Of a stretch of DNA of 64,000 bases, positions 27,401 to 39,130 are shown piece after piece. A program made the position numbers and the translations under genes. Within the stretch, counting starts at the first letter, position 1. Each line of letters opens with the position of its first letter. Under the pieces are notes generated by a model. The model saw only the letters and a list, made by a program, of their open reading frames with translations. It had not been told where the DNA came from and did not search any database. The stretch comes from Lama glama (taxonomy: Eukaryota): positions 54,252,001 to 54,316,000 of the forward strand of contig CM052816.1 in NCBI GenBank assembly GCA_028534125.1, in the 5' to 3' direction.

Positions 27401-30400
27401 GCTTTTCGAGCAGAAATAAAACTTCATTTTTGATTGTTTTAGTAAATTATATCTGTCTTTTCATTTAGTAATTTTCAGGTTGGTAGCACCCACCGAGGGA
27501 TCACTAGGATGGGATATTCTTGAAGTTAAGCGCCTCCTTGATCACCAGGATAATATTCTTTCACTGGTTAATGTCAACGGTAAGCTTATTGTTTACTTAT
27601 TTATATATTATGTAAAATTTTGTACGTGTTAAGGTACCTGTTCTAAACTTCAGTCTTGTTTTGTTCCAGATTCTAGAGTTACCATCATGAAAATAATGCT
27701 ATTGATTAGTAGGTGTTGGCAGTCTCTTAACGCTGAGGTTTAAGCTAGTGGAACTAATCAAGTTTCATAGATTGGTAGGTCTAAGATTTAGGCACAAGGG
27801 GCAGAATAGAGTTGGGCAGAGAAAAGGGAGGATGGAGGAGAGAGCGTCTGATCTCAGGTGCTAGCCTTAGGATGAGTGTCATAGGCTATCAGCACTAATG
27901 CTCAGTGGCATTTTGGCATTTTTGGCAAATGATTCTGGCTAGTTTCTCTTTTGAAGACCACACAGTACAATATTATATAGCAGGTTATATAAACACTTAA
28001 AGTAGAATGAACTGGATTCAAGCCAGTTGTAATCGTGATTGAATACACAGGGAATAAAACCAAAGTAAAAGTCTGCAGAAAATGGGTCATATCAGCCCTT
28101 TCTCACAGTTGTGTGTTTTGATTTGCCAGACTTTCTATTTGGCTTTATAATGACTTGAATGAGTATCTTCTGTGAGCTCAATCTGACATCATAAGACGGG
28201 GTAGGATCAAAACCCCACAAATCCTCGGATTTAGCTGGTTCACTTTCAAATAAAGTGACACCTTATATCATCAGCACTCTCCTGGGTGATCTGTGTTCTG
28301 AGGTCAGATGGGAGGGCTCCTGGGTGGCTTCAGTTGGATAGTCTGGAGGAGACTATAAGAGGGTGCTGTAAGGATGCCATGAACATGAAATAGTAGGCAT
28401 ACTGGACTGTACCCCCTGACCTGAGATCTGGGTTGGCGCTTTTTGAGCAATACTTTGTATGAATGAGGCAGAAGAAAAGGGGCACAGACAATGCCAAGTG
28501 TAGTCTCCATTTGTTTGCCATTCAGTCACATTTTCAGATACATCAGTGAAAATACCCTTCCTAGCTCCAAAATCTTCCCCTCTATTAGCCATCTGCTTGT
28601 ACAACCCAGCTGCAAGTCTTTCTGAGGTCTAGATTGTCTGTGGTGATAGAAATAACTACGTTGGGAGCACCTTTTTATTTTACTCTGAGAGCTCTTTTCC
28701 TCTAGCCAAGAATGGCAGCACAAAAGGCAAGTTCTCATTTGGAAGTCCCTCTGACACCGAGCCCTGCTCCTAGGCCCCGGAGCTGTTGAGAAAAGCACAG
28801 CCATGTTTTGGCTGTTACAATGGTCAGGCCTAGTTGTCCCGTCTTAGAAGTGAAGCGTTGGTACCATGACCCAGCGTGATTCCTTAAGGAAGGTGATGGG
28901 ACGTTACTGAGGTAGCCTTAACTTTGTGGCACTTCTTTTGCTGTATGATGTACAGAGAAGCTTATAACAGTTTAACCAAGAAAGCCTTCTTCAAGTGTTT
29001 TCTTAGCCAGCTTCTTAAGGGAAGGAAAATGAAAAGTAAAGCAGGAAAAAATTTTTAATGAAAATTACAGTAAACCTCTAGTACTTTTTACTTTATGAAC
29101 TCCCATGACTGTAAAATTATGCTACAGATAATAAATAAGCCAAAAGCGTACTTAGAAATCATATATGGACAAGTAGTCTGGCAAAATTTGAAAGTGACAA
29201 TGTGGCAGTTGAATTTTGTACATAGATATGTCTGCCACACTGCAGGTTTTGGTAATCCTGAAATGATTGTATTATACTGTTCCCAGCTCCACTCTCAGTC
29301 CTGCTTCTTTGTCCTCACCAATTACTGGTGAAAGATGTGGCCAGTTACTGGATTCATAATTTATAGGGAAAGTGCATTTGCAGTGAGATGGTCCTAGGGC
29401 AATCTTAGAATGGCACAACAGAACTCCCATGAATGTGGATAATGAATACCAGGTTTACCAAAGAGATCTGAATGCCTGGGCAGAGATTTTCTCAGACAGA
29501 CATACAAGATAACTTTGCTTATCTCTTCTGGTAAAAGGCTCTGGGTGCTGCTTTATTTTATTCCTTTTCTTGTTTTGTATGACGGCATAGTATGGCAGTG
29601 ATAAAGTATTTGTACTTGTGAGGGATGGGTAGACAAGTGTTAGGTGAGATTTTCATACTAAGTGACTTTTGACACTTGCATAGGATGAAGATCTATCCAC
29701 ATATACATCATTGAGGCTGTTTGGTGTGAAACATTTTGAATGACCAGATTGGGATAATTTACATAGCAGTAAACTCCACTAACTCAAGTGAATGTCAGTG
29801 TTTTGTTTTTAATGAAAAATTCTAACTGAGCTCAAGTACTTTGTTTCTATTGTGTAGACAAATCACAGACACTTGGAGGAGGTCAGAGTAGGGAGCTTTA
29901 TGGTCTCATGCAAGTTATGATGCATGCGGAACTGGAGTCAAACAGTCCTCAGTCGTTAACTTCTGGTTCTTCTGTAGTTTGAATGAGACTAGAAAGAGGA
30001 GAGAAAGGGATGGAAAAGGAGGTCTTGGAAAGATTACTACTGTCTTAACTTTCCAACTATTAGAACTAGAAGTCTGTTTCTCTCCACAGATGAGAAATGA
30101 ACTTACTTCTTCACAGAGCAGATTCTATAGAGTCTGTCAATAAACTATAGAAATTGGACTTGGAACCAAGATAAAGTAGTATTTACCTGTATGATTGCTT
30201 ATAATTCTTTATTTCTATGAGATTGCTCACCTAGTTATTAGAGATTTCTGCCCTGCTGATTTATTTGATAAATGGAATAATTAAATCATAATTACTCATC
30301 CATGAATTCCTAAATTACAAGTAACTGGATGTTTTAATACCATTAATATGGAATAATGCCAGGGGCTCAAAATAATACCAGAGACTCAAAGATAACATTT

Positions 30401-33400
30401 GATGTTATTTTAAAATGGCTATGCATTTATTATTTAATTTGATTTTACAATCATCTCCATTTAATGCCTGAAAAATCCAAGATAGAAAAAGATTTCGTGA
30501 CTCTCTAAAGACCACATGGCCACTAACAGGCAGAGCCAAAATTAGAACTTGGGTTTCTAGACTCACAGTGCATTTGTTGTGTTCTACCTTACTCTCAGTG
30601 TATAAGAATTAAAATTAGTTACATTTCTTTAAGATAGTTTTTAGGCTTAGCAGTTGTACATTTCCTATTAAATATATAATTTGTCTTAGTTGGCCCACTA
30701 ATTTCATTTTCTTTAAAGTTTTAAAAACTTGTTATTGTGCAAGTACTACATAGAAATAGAAATAAGAATAGAAAAATGAGGAAATAAAAACATAAAAAAT
30801 ATAAAAATGAAAATTAAAAATCATCCAACCATATAGTATCAAGTACAGGTTCATATCCTAGGTGTTCTTCTGGGCGCATATATATATATGTGTATGTGTA
30901 TACATATGGTCTGCTTTTTTTTAACAGTATGTCATGAATATATCTTTGTATTAATACAACATTTACAACTTAAATTTCAATAACAGCATTACTGTTTCAT
31001 TTTGTGGATGTCTTATATATTCCATCCCCAGTTGGATGTTTTAGGTTATCTTCAGATTTTTTGTATTATGTGTAACAGCCTTGTTACATAATGTCTTTTA
31101 TGTACTTTCCTAAGGATAATTTCTTAGAAGTGGAATTGTTGGATCAGTGGGTTTACGACTTTTTAAGATTTTGATATATATTACCAAGAATTGCAAAGAT
31201 TATACCAGCTTATCCTAGGGCATTAGTAGTGCATGAGTGTGCTGAATCCTGATGCTTTTGCCAGCATTGGGTATTTTTCCTGTTTTATAATCTTTCCCAA
31301 TTGAAAGTCAGTAAGTAGTATCTCATCGCTTTTAGATAGCTTTGATTATTAGGGAGTTGAACATCTTTTCACATGTTTACTGACCATTTGTTATTTCTTG
31401 TTCTGCCAGTTCAGGTCCTTGGCCCCTTTTTTTCTTTTGCTGGAGTACTACCTTGTTCTTAGTGATATCCTTTTTTGTTAGGTTTTTTTTTTTTTTGAGA
31501 GGTGGTAATTAGGTTTTTATTTATTTATTCATCTTTAATGGAAGTACTGGGGATTGTACCCAGGACCTTGTGCATGCTGGGCAGGCACTCTACCACTGAA
31601 CTATATACCCTTCCCTCTTAGTGATTTCTAAGAACTCTTTATGTATCAAGTATAATAAACCTATTTTGACATACAAGTTGTAAAATTTTCCCAGATTTTT
31701 GTCATTTAATTGTATGATTTTTGTGTTAAGTAGATGTTTACTCAGCTCTTTTTCCTCAATCCCCACCCTGCCTCCTTTAGAAACTTTTAGAACCTTTTAG
31801 CACTCCATATTCATAAAAAAGAATTCACTTTTATTTCCCTTAATCCTTTAAGTACCTTTAATGTTTAATCTGTTTGAAACTTATTTTGGTATATATGAAA
31901 TAATATAAAATATATATTTTGGTCTTTGCCCTCAGTTTCTGGCACAAAGTTCCTAAAATCCTTGCCCAAGTAATAAGAACATAAGGAAAATCTTTTGTTC
32001 TAATATTTGGTCTGATATCTCTTTAACATAAAGGCCCTAAATCCCTTGGAATTTTCTGGGTAATAGAAGTATCTTTTGTTCTAATGAGACCACTCTTTCT
32101 TTGCTCCTGGATGGGGACTGGTCACCAGAAAGACCAAGTCATGACTAGAAGCTTGGAATTTTCACCCCCACCACCCCTATTCTCCAGAGAGGGGAGAGGG
32201 GCTGGATGTGGAATTAATAATTGATCATGCATATGTGATGAAGCCTCCATAAAAATCCCAGCAGTACGGGGTTCAGAGAGCTCCCCGGCTGCCAAACACG
32301 TGGAGGTGCTGGGAGAGTGACACACTCAGAGAGGGCATGGAAGCTCCACGACCCTTCCCACATACCTCGCCCTGTGCATCTCCTCCCTCTGGATGTTCAT
32401 TTGTATCCTTTACCATGTCCTTTTATAATAAAGTGGTAAATAGTAAGCTGTTTTCCTGAGTTCTGTGAGCTGCTCTAGCAAATTAATTGAACTCAAGGAA
32501 GGGATGTGGGATTCTTTGATTTATAGCCAATTAGTCAGAAATACAGGTAACAACCTAGATGTGCAATTAGTATCTGAAGTGGGGGAAGTCTTGCAGGACT
32601 GAGTACTTAACCAGTGGAATGTGACACTATCCCCAGGTAGATAGTATCGGAATTGAGTTAAACTGTAGGATGCTCAGCTGGTGTCGCAGAATTGCCTGGT
32701 GTGGGAAAACCCCTCACGTATTTATGTCAGACATGTTGTGAGTGTGGCAGTAGTGTGAGAGTAAAGAAGAAACAGAAGTGTAGCTCTTCATCCGAGGTGA
32801 GGTCCTTTTATTCTTATTTTCCAAATACTTAACCAAATATTCCAGCATGAGGGGTGTTTCTTTCTTCACTGAATTGAAATGCATCATCATCACACACTAA
32901 ATATCTAAGTAAACTTGACTCTATTTCTGGTCTTTCTATTCTGTTAATCTTCCTGTTGGGCTTGTCTAGTTACCTCACTGTTCTAATTATTGTGATTTTG
33001 TAGAGCGTTACTACTAGGCAGTTTATTCATTTTTACCTTTAGCCTAGGTAAATGATCAATAATGAGACATACATGACCTCTGCCTAGATTTGAGTTTTGT
33101 AACTGGCTCCCATGTTGGAGAGTTGATCATCTGGGATATCCTGGACTGGACTGTGCAGGCCTGTGAACGCAACTTCTGGGACCCATCTCCACAGCTGGAC
33201 ACTCAGCAAGAAATAAAACTCTGTCAAAAACCAAATGACGTTTCCATTCATCATTTCACATGGGATGAAGAGGTAAAAAAAAAAAATCAAGAAAAATATA
33301 TCATCTGTCTCTTTCAATAAACCCAGTTTCTAATTTTTTCAATTTAATCTCACGATGGGTATAGAAAGGTATCATTCCCTATGTTCAAGTTGTGCTTTAA

Positions 33401-34139
33401 AATGTTTTGGTATTTTTTAAAGATTATATCACTTGCTTTATTCTCTAGTTGTGTTTATAATTTCCTTTATAACTTTGGATAGCATGTACTCTACCACTGA
33501 ACTGTACCCTCCCCCTCTGCCAGGGCTCTAGATTTTAGCAGGTTGGCTAGCTGTTCTCATTAATGCTCATGGCACTGGTCCTCAGCTTGCATTGCTAATG
33601 TGCAGAGTACCATTTCTGAGGGTCAAGGGGATCATTCCAGATTTAGGCTCTGGTAAGCCTTGGGGGCATGTTTTGGTTGAGACATTGTAGGTCTCATTTG
33701 GGGTTGTAGCCTTTGAGACCGCATAAGTGTTCTTTGGTGCGGGGCAGAAAGGGGGATTTTTGAAAGGTCTGCCTCACTGGTTTACCTATTAAGAATGAAT
33801 GATTCAAAAGCAAGAGCTGCCAGAATTCTAATGACTTGCAAAATAATTTCAGAAGCTAAGTGGTATCGTGTGAGACAAGATTAAGGAACTGGAGTAACAT
33901 GACCTGGATTCTCATATCAACTCTCATCTCAACTTTTTGTGTGACTTTAATCTTTTTTTTCAATTTTAATTTGTTCATCTGGAAAATAGCAGTAATACTA
34001 GCTTTTCTTATCTTAATGAAATGTTGTGAGATTGAAGTTTGATAAATATTGGTGAAAGTACTTTCAAAGGGTTAAAGTTGTTTTAGTAACAAGGTGGTTC
34101 TAATACTACATTTGGAAAAATGTTTGTGTGAAGCCACTT

Positions 34140-34173
<34 letters not shown>

Positions 34174-37100
34174 ACTGTAGCATATGCTTTTTTGTATGTA
34201 TCCTTTATAGGTCTCATGATTGCTTAAGATGTGGAGTGGAAGTAATTTTGTTCACATTTTTCAGCAAAAGAAGCCAAGTAGTTTTCCTAAGGATCTAGTA
34301 TTATGTGAATGAAAACCTCGGTTGTGCCTCAGCAGCTTGTGTTGCAGGCTGATCTGCCAGCCATAGCTCCTTTCTCTAGCTGGCACATTTCAGTGAGGCA
34401 GAAAGTGATGCTAAGGGGTACAGTGTACAGAGCTTTCTCTGTGTTAGCAGTTGCATCCTTCTGCTTTTCTGAATGCTGTCACCTTTCCTTTGTGCTTTGA
34501 TACTTTTGGACTTCAGAGGACAGCACAATAATTTGGTCTGAAGGTTAGGAATAGGGAAGGTACCAGTGGCTCTCTGAATTCACACCAGGGCTAGAAATCT
34601 ATAATACTAGGTAGTGGTAAGTACTAGTTTTATGCCCATTTCTGAACTTCTTCCCCCCTCCCCTAGAATATATTTGTTGCAGTTGGAAGGGGTTTGTACG
34701 TGTATAACCTTCAAATGAAGCGTGTGATTGCCTGCCAGAAAACCGCACATGACTCCAGTGTCTTGCATGTTGCCAAACTTCCAAACAGGTACGAGTTTCC
34801 ATATGTTCTGTAACAGGCAAAAGAAATGCATAGTTCCCAGGGGCAAAGTCACCTGGTTCTGTGGCTTGACCTGTGTTCTTTTGGAAATGAGAATATCCCC
34901 AAGGCTGTCTCTTAGTAGAAGAGTTTGTAGCAGTGTATTACAAAATTTATAAGAAGCAAGATTCATATGAATTACATTGAATTTTGTTATAAGAAGAGAT
35001 AATTTAAAATTTGGTGTTTATTTTAAAAGGTAAAAAATGACTTTTGGGCACTGACTTTGTACTAATTTTTTGTTTTCCATAAACCTGCCTTTTAAAATAC
35101 TGTTTGATTATGGCCAGCATCAAATGGTTTTGTCTCCTTGTTGGCTTAAGCTACTAACTTAAGGCTTCCCTTTCAGGGAAGATCTGGCTGTTGAGATTCT
35201 AGGGATGAATTATATGAAGGGAATAGCATTATTTGCTCTGCAGGATACTTTTCGAGTGAGAGGTGCCCTGAGAAGAGAAATAGTGAGAGGTGGGGAGGGG
35301 ACTTCTCGGGGTATTGTGAAAGTGTAATTCATAACCTGTTTCCCTGAATGCATTTTAAAAATGGAAATGATATGTATTTCTAACACTTGAACCAATATAA
35401 CAGTATAATGTTCGCCTTTCCCGAAGAGTGCTTTTACTTTGCATTGTAAAACCATGTTAAATTGTGATTTTTATCAGCTCCTGCCAAGAGCTGAATAAAA
35501 GCAGTTGAGGGTTCCACTGATTTCTTTCACTGCAAATTTAGCATTGGCTCTCCATGGTGCTTTTTATCACTGATTTGCTCTTCTGATAGGCAGTTAATCT
35601 CATGCTCAGAAGATGGCAGTGTACGCATTTGGGAGTTACGAGAAAAACAGCAGCTTGCGGCTGAACCTGTACCAACAGGTGTGTATTTTTGCTCAGAAAG
35701 GTAGTCTTGCACTTTTTTCTAAAATGAAAGACAGAAGAAAGGCAGTTATGTGTAACCGCAAGAATAACGTACACTGTGCTCCAAGTAGGCATAAGATGTT
35801 CACATGAAGCATTTGGTGATTGGGATCTAGGATTGACATCTTAATACTGCTTTACTGTAGAACTATCTGTTTCAATTCAAGTCAACTACGATTTTACTAT
35901 TTTAGGGGGAACCTATTATTTCTGGTAATCTGACTGACCAAATGGCCTAATGAACTATTTACTCATTTATATTGTCTATAATTATGTCTGATATAGAAAC
36001 AGAATGTGTATGATTAGGTGTCAGACTAAAGTATTCTTTCAGTGCCTTGAAGCATTATCACTAACATGGAACTCAATTTATGGAAAAACACACTTTTGTA
36101 TTTATAACGTCATGAGCGCTTGATTTTCAGGTGTTTGGTTTGAAAAACAAAATCCCAGTTAGTTAGCAGCCTTTGCATGAGAAATCAGATGCTGGTACAT
36201 CTGAGTTTCTTCAGGTTATTTGAAGTCCTAGGGTTTTCTTTTGGAACACACACGTTGCTTTTTGTCTAACTTTTTTGATAAATCTGAGTTGTGACTCTTT
36301 TGACATTGCCATTCAGGACTTCTGTTCTCTTTGATCCCCATTGCATCTTCTTACCATGTTAACGCTCCTTCACTGGTGAGTGGATAGAAGTAATAAAAAG
36401 ATGAGCAACAAACCTGGGTAGCTAAGAAAGGAAATGAAATCGTATATTGAAAAACCCTAGCATAATGCCTGGTACCATCCCCTTAGCCCTTGAATACAAT
36501 AAGTGTGGAACACCTTTGCATTTGTATTTTGTTTTTCTCATCTTATGTTATTATTAAAAGAGCACAGTAATTTTGAAAATGATTGAGATGGCTGTTTTTT
36601 TCTAGGTTTTTTTAACATGTGGGGATTTGGAAGAGTAAATAAACAAGCCAGCCACCCTGTTAAAAAGCAACAAGAGAATGCCACTTCGTTCTCATTGGAG
36701 CTTATTGGAGATTTGATTGGACACTCGTCATCTGTGGAGGTATTGTTTTTAACATGCATGTAAATGTCCAGGGAATTTCTGCTTTTGCATCTCACTGCTC
36801 TTCATTCATTTGGTCTCATAGAGACCTAAACTTTCTCTCTTATCTTTATCTGTAGGTTTTTGCTGAATCTAAACATGGAATGGGATAGGTTATAGTATGT
36901 GCAGTTAGGATCTCCCTTTATTTATAGAGAGGCGATTTGAAGAAGGAATGTGTTGCTTCTGAAAAATGGCTTAATTACCATTATGTATGAGATGTAGGTA
37001 GGTTGCTGACAAGATGGACAGTGTGAACAATATTAAATAGATATGTGTAACGGTAGTAAATAGAGGGAATATGGAGGGTTCTGCTTTTATATGCAAAGCC

Positions 37101-39130
37101 TTACAGAATCTGATCCCAGGGGCCTTTATCAAATTCATGAATAGAATTTGTTCTTAACTCCCTTTGAAAGATAATTTGTTGGCTTTAGTGAAACCCAATG
37201 TCTTGATGCATATATCAAAGTAATAGTTGAGAACTGTAAGATATATACAATTTTAACTTGTTCTAAATTAATATTTATTATAGACATCATTGCCTGTATT
37301 AAAAGAGAGAAAGTGGTGAAGAGATGATTGGAACTGGTAACAGTATAAGCAGAGCCATAAGTAATGAATTTCTTAAGTTGTTCCCTGTTTTGTGGCTATG
37401 GAGGAATAAATTTTCTTCTGAAAGTGCATTTATGCTTAGGAGCAAGTAGCAGCAAACACTTGTTACTGAGCATTTCCTGTGTTTCAGGAACAATACTGGA
37501 GACTGGAGTTTTCAGAGAGATGTAAAATACACTTCTTCTCGTGGATCTTATATTTTAGTAGACAGGAAAGACTCGGACCTAATAAACTGTTCATCTAGGT
37601 TGCTTATGACGGGCCCAGATGAATAGCAGGAATTATTAGAAAATAGTGGAAGATATGGATGGGACTTAGCTGAACCTTGAAGCTTAAGGATTAAGGTAGG
37701 ATTAAGACAGTCTTGTGACCATAAGCTCCCTGATGTTGGATACTCTGTCTTATTCATTTCTGTAACAGGTAGGTTTCCACTTTGTTTTTTGTTTTTTTTT
37801 TAACTTTGGGAGTTGTGAGGATGGAATGTTGTAGATATGCAAGCAAAGATAGAATCTACTTGGTGACAGGGAGCAGGCTGGCTAGTGGATGGGCACCACT
37901 AGTGGGAGATGAAGCCTTGGCAGAGTAGTTTGGGGTCAGATTATGAATGTCCTTAAATGTAAGGCTGAAGAGTTTCGACTTTATTTTTAAAATAGTATGA
38001 CCCCATTAAAGATTTTTAAATGATGGGGATAACTTCAAGTGGCAGATTTGTTATAATAATGAAGTGTCAGATTCTTAGGAATTTTCCTCAGTGGAACTAT
38101 TGACATTTAAGTACTTTTTAAAAGTATCTCTGGCTTGAGAAAATCTTGGCCCCCTCTCAGGTGTGCTATCTCTTTAATTTCCTCATTCCTTTTATATTTT
38201 CATCCTTACTTTCTAAGCCCAGTCTTACCTACCTGTGTACTGAATTCAGTCTTTTCCATCTCCTGAGGAATTTTGTTCTGATAGTTCCCCCCTTCACTCC
38301 TACATCATCAGCTGAGATCTTCTGTTACCTTCTTATTTCTGAGAACACGCTCATCCTGTTGTTTTATTTCTCTCCTTTATTTCACTCTTCTTTGAGGAGC
38401 TCATCCTTTTCATGGTTTCATTTATCTCCTCTGATACCAGCTCTCTGCTCCTTACTCTGCATGCTGCCTTCTCATACACACTCCACTTTTCAGTTCTTAG
38501 CTTCCAGTCTATTCCTTCAGTGGGCAGGACCTTCCTTTATTGTTTGGAATTCAGACATTGGATTGGTGGCTATTTTTTGCACAAGTAAGAAGGCAATAAA
38601 AATGATTAAGTAAAGCAAGTCTGGAAGGACTTCTGACAAAAGTCTTAAAACCAATACTTGAAGAATTAGATAATAGTAACATTTAGAAGATACTTTGGGA
38701 ATTCATGTACTTTACAAACACAGCTGTTACTTATAGTTCAGTAGTGGAGTAGTATTAACAAAGTTCTGATTACTAAAATATTAGATATTGGTTTAGCATT
38801 TGTATATCTGTATGTGACTATCACTAACACTTAAAAATAAAAATAAAATTTCTTATGAAAGGTGATAGAGTTTTACATTCAGATCCAAAATTAACAAGCA
38901 CGTGTAGTTATCTAGTTACATTAGCTTCTTTCCTCCTTGAAGTCCCTATAATCAGTAATTAAAAATTGTTTTTACAGATGTTTCTGTACTTTGAAGATCA
39001 TGGACTAGTGACATGCTCTGCAGATCATCTCATTATTTTGTGGAAAAATGGAGAACGTGAATCTGGACTGCGCAGTTTAAAGTTATTTCAAAAATTAGAG
39101 GAGAATGGTGACTTATATCTTGCTGTCTAG
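11535..39130 (+). CDS. WDR41: WD repeat-containing protein 41 (C9orf72-SMCR8 complex subunit), spliced CDS span, 5'-partial, 11 exons in window
   Basis: Joined exons translate without stops from (R)[27 protein letters not shown] to [12 protein letters not shown]. The product has GH...WD-type repeats and matches the WDR41 sequence as I recall it. All intron phases are compatible. Confidence 0.96.
12399..12432. repeat. (TA)n microsatellite
   Basis: About 17 uninterrupted TA units. Confidence 0.95.
12845..12976 (+). CDS. WDR41: WDR41 coding exon (probable exon 4), 132 nt: [44 protein letters not shown]
   Basis: ttcag|ACAGGA...GTTATT|atatcctt (U12-type donor); lies inside ORF 12803..13051. Confidence 0.93.
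13560..13725. mobile_element. MIR SINE
   Basis: MIR core: cattttatagataagaaaagagaggcacagagggattaagtaacttgcccaaggtc. Confidence 0.75.
14270..14365 (-). mobile_element. tRNA-derived SINE of camelid (Tylopoda) type
   Basis: Reverse strand reads gggagcgtatagctcagtggtaga (A box)...gtcctgggttcaatccccagtacctc (B box), then an A-rich tail. Confidence 0.8.
15339..15401 (+). CDS. WDR41: WDR41 coding exon (probable exon 5), 63 nt: [21 protein letters not shown]
   Basis: tttcttaacataaatttag|GTATGGGAT...GTAAAG|gtaaag; completes the WD motif DRTVIVWD. Confidence 0.93.
15458..15558 (-). mobile_element. Short L1 3' end fragment
   Basis: tttttttaattgaagtacagtc...caatgtgtcagtttctagtgtacagcataatg...tacatacg is the reverse complement of an L1 3' terminus. 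Confidence 0.7.
17230..19215 (+). mobile_element. Old degenerate L1 (L1M), ORF2 RT to C-terminus, with stops and frameshifts
   Basis: Recognisable ORF2 segments: gatgcagagaaagcatttgac (DAEKAFD), ctcttcaacattgtact, acagtgtggtactggcata (TVWYWH), gacaagggtgcca, atagcagtattactcataatagcc. Confidence 0.9.
19546..20033. mobile_element. MLT1 (ERVL-MaLR) solo LTR
   Basis: tgtatcagttacctgttactgagtaacaaattacc...ttctggctcagtgtctcatgaggttgc...ctccacctcttgaag...aaaaccacca. Confidence 0.7.
20085..20196 (+). CDS. WDR41: WDR41 coding exon (probable exon 6), 112 nt: [37 protein letters not shown](G)
   Basis: ttttgcag|TGTTTA...GATACAG|gtaaaa. Confidence 0.93.
20882..21326 (+). mobile_element. Internally deleted Tigger1-type DNA transposon (TcMar)
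   Basis: Terminal inverted repeats CAGCCATACCT / AGGTATGGCTG with TA on the left flank; Tigger1-like subterminal sequence at both ends. Confidence 0.85.
22726..22817 (+). repeat. Copy A of a diverged ~90-bp direct repeat (copy B 23793-23882)
   Basis: Manual alignment: 13 substitutions and one 2-nt indel. Confidence 0.85.
23191..23253 (+). CDS. WDR41: WDR41 coding exon (probable exon 7), 63 nt: (G)[20 protein letters not shown](I)
   Basis: tttttgaag|GGATCAGT...AACTGA|gtgagt; phase 1-1. Confidence 0.93.
23793..23882 (+). repeat. Copy B of a diverged ~90-bp direct repeat (copy A 22726-22817)
   Basis: Shared core ttgaaggc.actttcttagctgttg.ctgttggct.ac. Confidence 0.85.
24417..24604. mobile_element. 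MER5A (hAT-Charlie) MITE
   Basis: cagtggttttcaaactt...cccagagtttctaattcactaggtctggagtggggcctgag...ctgggaccatac; 8-bp TSD ctctaact/ctctaaat. Confidence 0.85.
24620..25615 (+). mobile_element. Fragmented L2 3' region
   Basis: Pyrimidine-rich L2-like tract ending in a (tgaa)n tail at about 25598-25615. Confidence 0.5.
27469..27579 (+). CDS. WDR41: WDR41 coding exon (probable exon 8), 111 nt: (I)[36 protein letters not shown](D)
   Basis: ttcatttag|TAATTTTC...GTCAACG|gtaagc. Confidence 0.92.
31467..31615 (-). mobile_element. tRNA-derived camelid-type SINE with TSD
   Basis: Same A/B-box head as 14270-14365, T-rich tail on +, 10-bp TSD tcttagtgat at 31457-31466 and 31616-31625. Confidence 0.85.
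31913..32780 (+). mobile_element. MER21-like solo LTR (approximate ends)
   Basis: tatattttggtctttgccctcagtttctggcaca...gatgaagcctccataaaaatcc...ataataaa...ttcctgagttctgtgagctgctctagcaaattaattgaac. Confidence 0.75.
33088..33272 (+). CDS. WDR41: WDR41 coding exon (probable exon 9), 185 nt: (D)[20 protein letters not shown]...IHHFTWDEE
   Basis: tgcctag|ATTTGAGT...GAAGAG|gtaaaa; corresponds to ORF 33090..33320. Confidence 0.94.
34144..34170. repeat. (TA)n microsatellite
   Basis: About 13 TA units. Confidence 0.9.
34667..34788 (+). CDS. WDR41: WDR41 coding exon (probable exon 10), 122 nt: [40 protein letters not shown](R)
   Basis: cccctag|AATATA...CCAAACAG|gtacga. Confidence 0.93.
35590..35678 (+). 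CDS. WDR41: WDR41 coding exon (probable exon 11), 89 nt: (R)[29 protein letters not shown](G)
   Basis: ctgatag|GCAGTTA...CCAACAG|gtgtgt; WD motif [10 protein letters not shown]. Confidence 0.93.
36606..36739 (+). CDS. WDR41: WDR41 coding exon (probable exon 12), 134 nt: (G)[44 protein letters not shown]
   Basis: ttttctag|GTTTTTTTAAC...GTGGAG|gtattg. Confidence 0.93.
38978..39130 (+). CDS. WDR41: WDR41 terminal coding exon, 153 nt to stop: [50 protein letters not shown]
   Basis: ttttacag|ATGTTT...GCTGTCTAG. Confidence 0.94.
   Translation: MFLYFEDHGLVTCSADHLIILWKNGERESGLRSLKLFQKLEENGDLYLAV

Larger units (their letters stand above)
30800..33010 (-). mobile_element. Old L1M(E)-like fragment interrupted by a SINE and an LTR
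   Basis: Antisense L1 phrases ttcttagaagtggaattgttggatca, gttgaacatcttttcacatgtttactgaccattt, tctatttctggtctttctattctgtt. Confidence 0.65.

Noticed and set aside
28304..28804. Four overlapping minus-strand ORFs in a slightly GC-richer intronic patch
   Set aside because: No recognisable protein similarity, poly(A) tail or TSD; I cannot support a retrocopy without a search.
38146..38613. 155-aa hydrophobic ORF, and similar ORFs at 45816-46301 and 56555-56938
   Set aside because: Intronic or antisense, often with non-ATG starts and pyrimidine-rich bias; consistent with chance ORFs.
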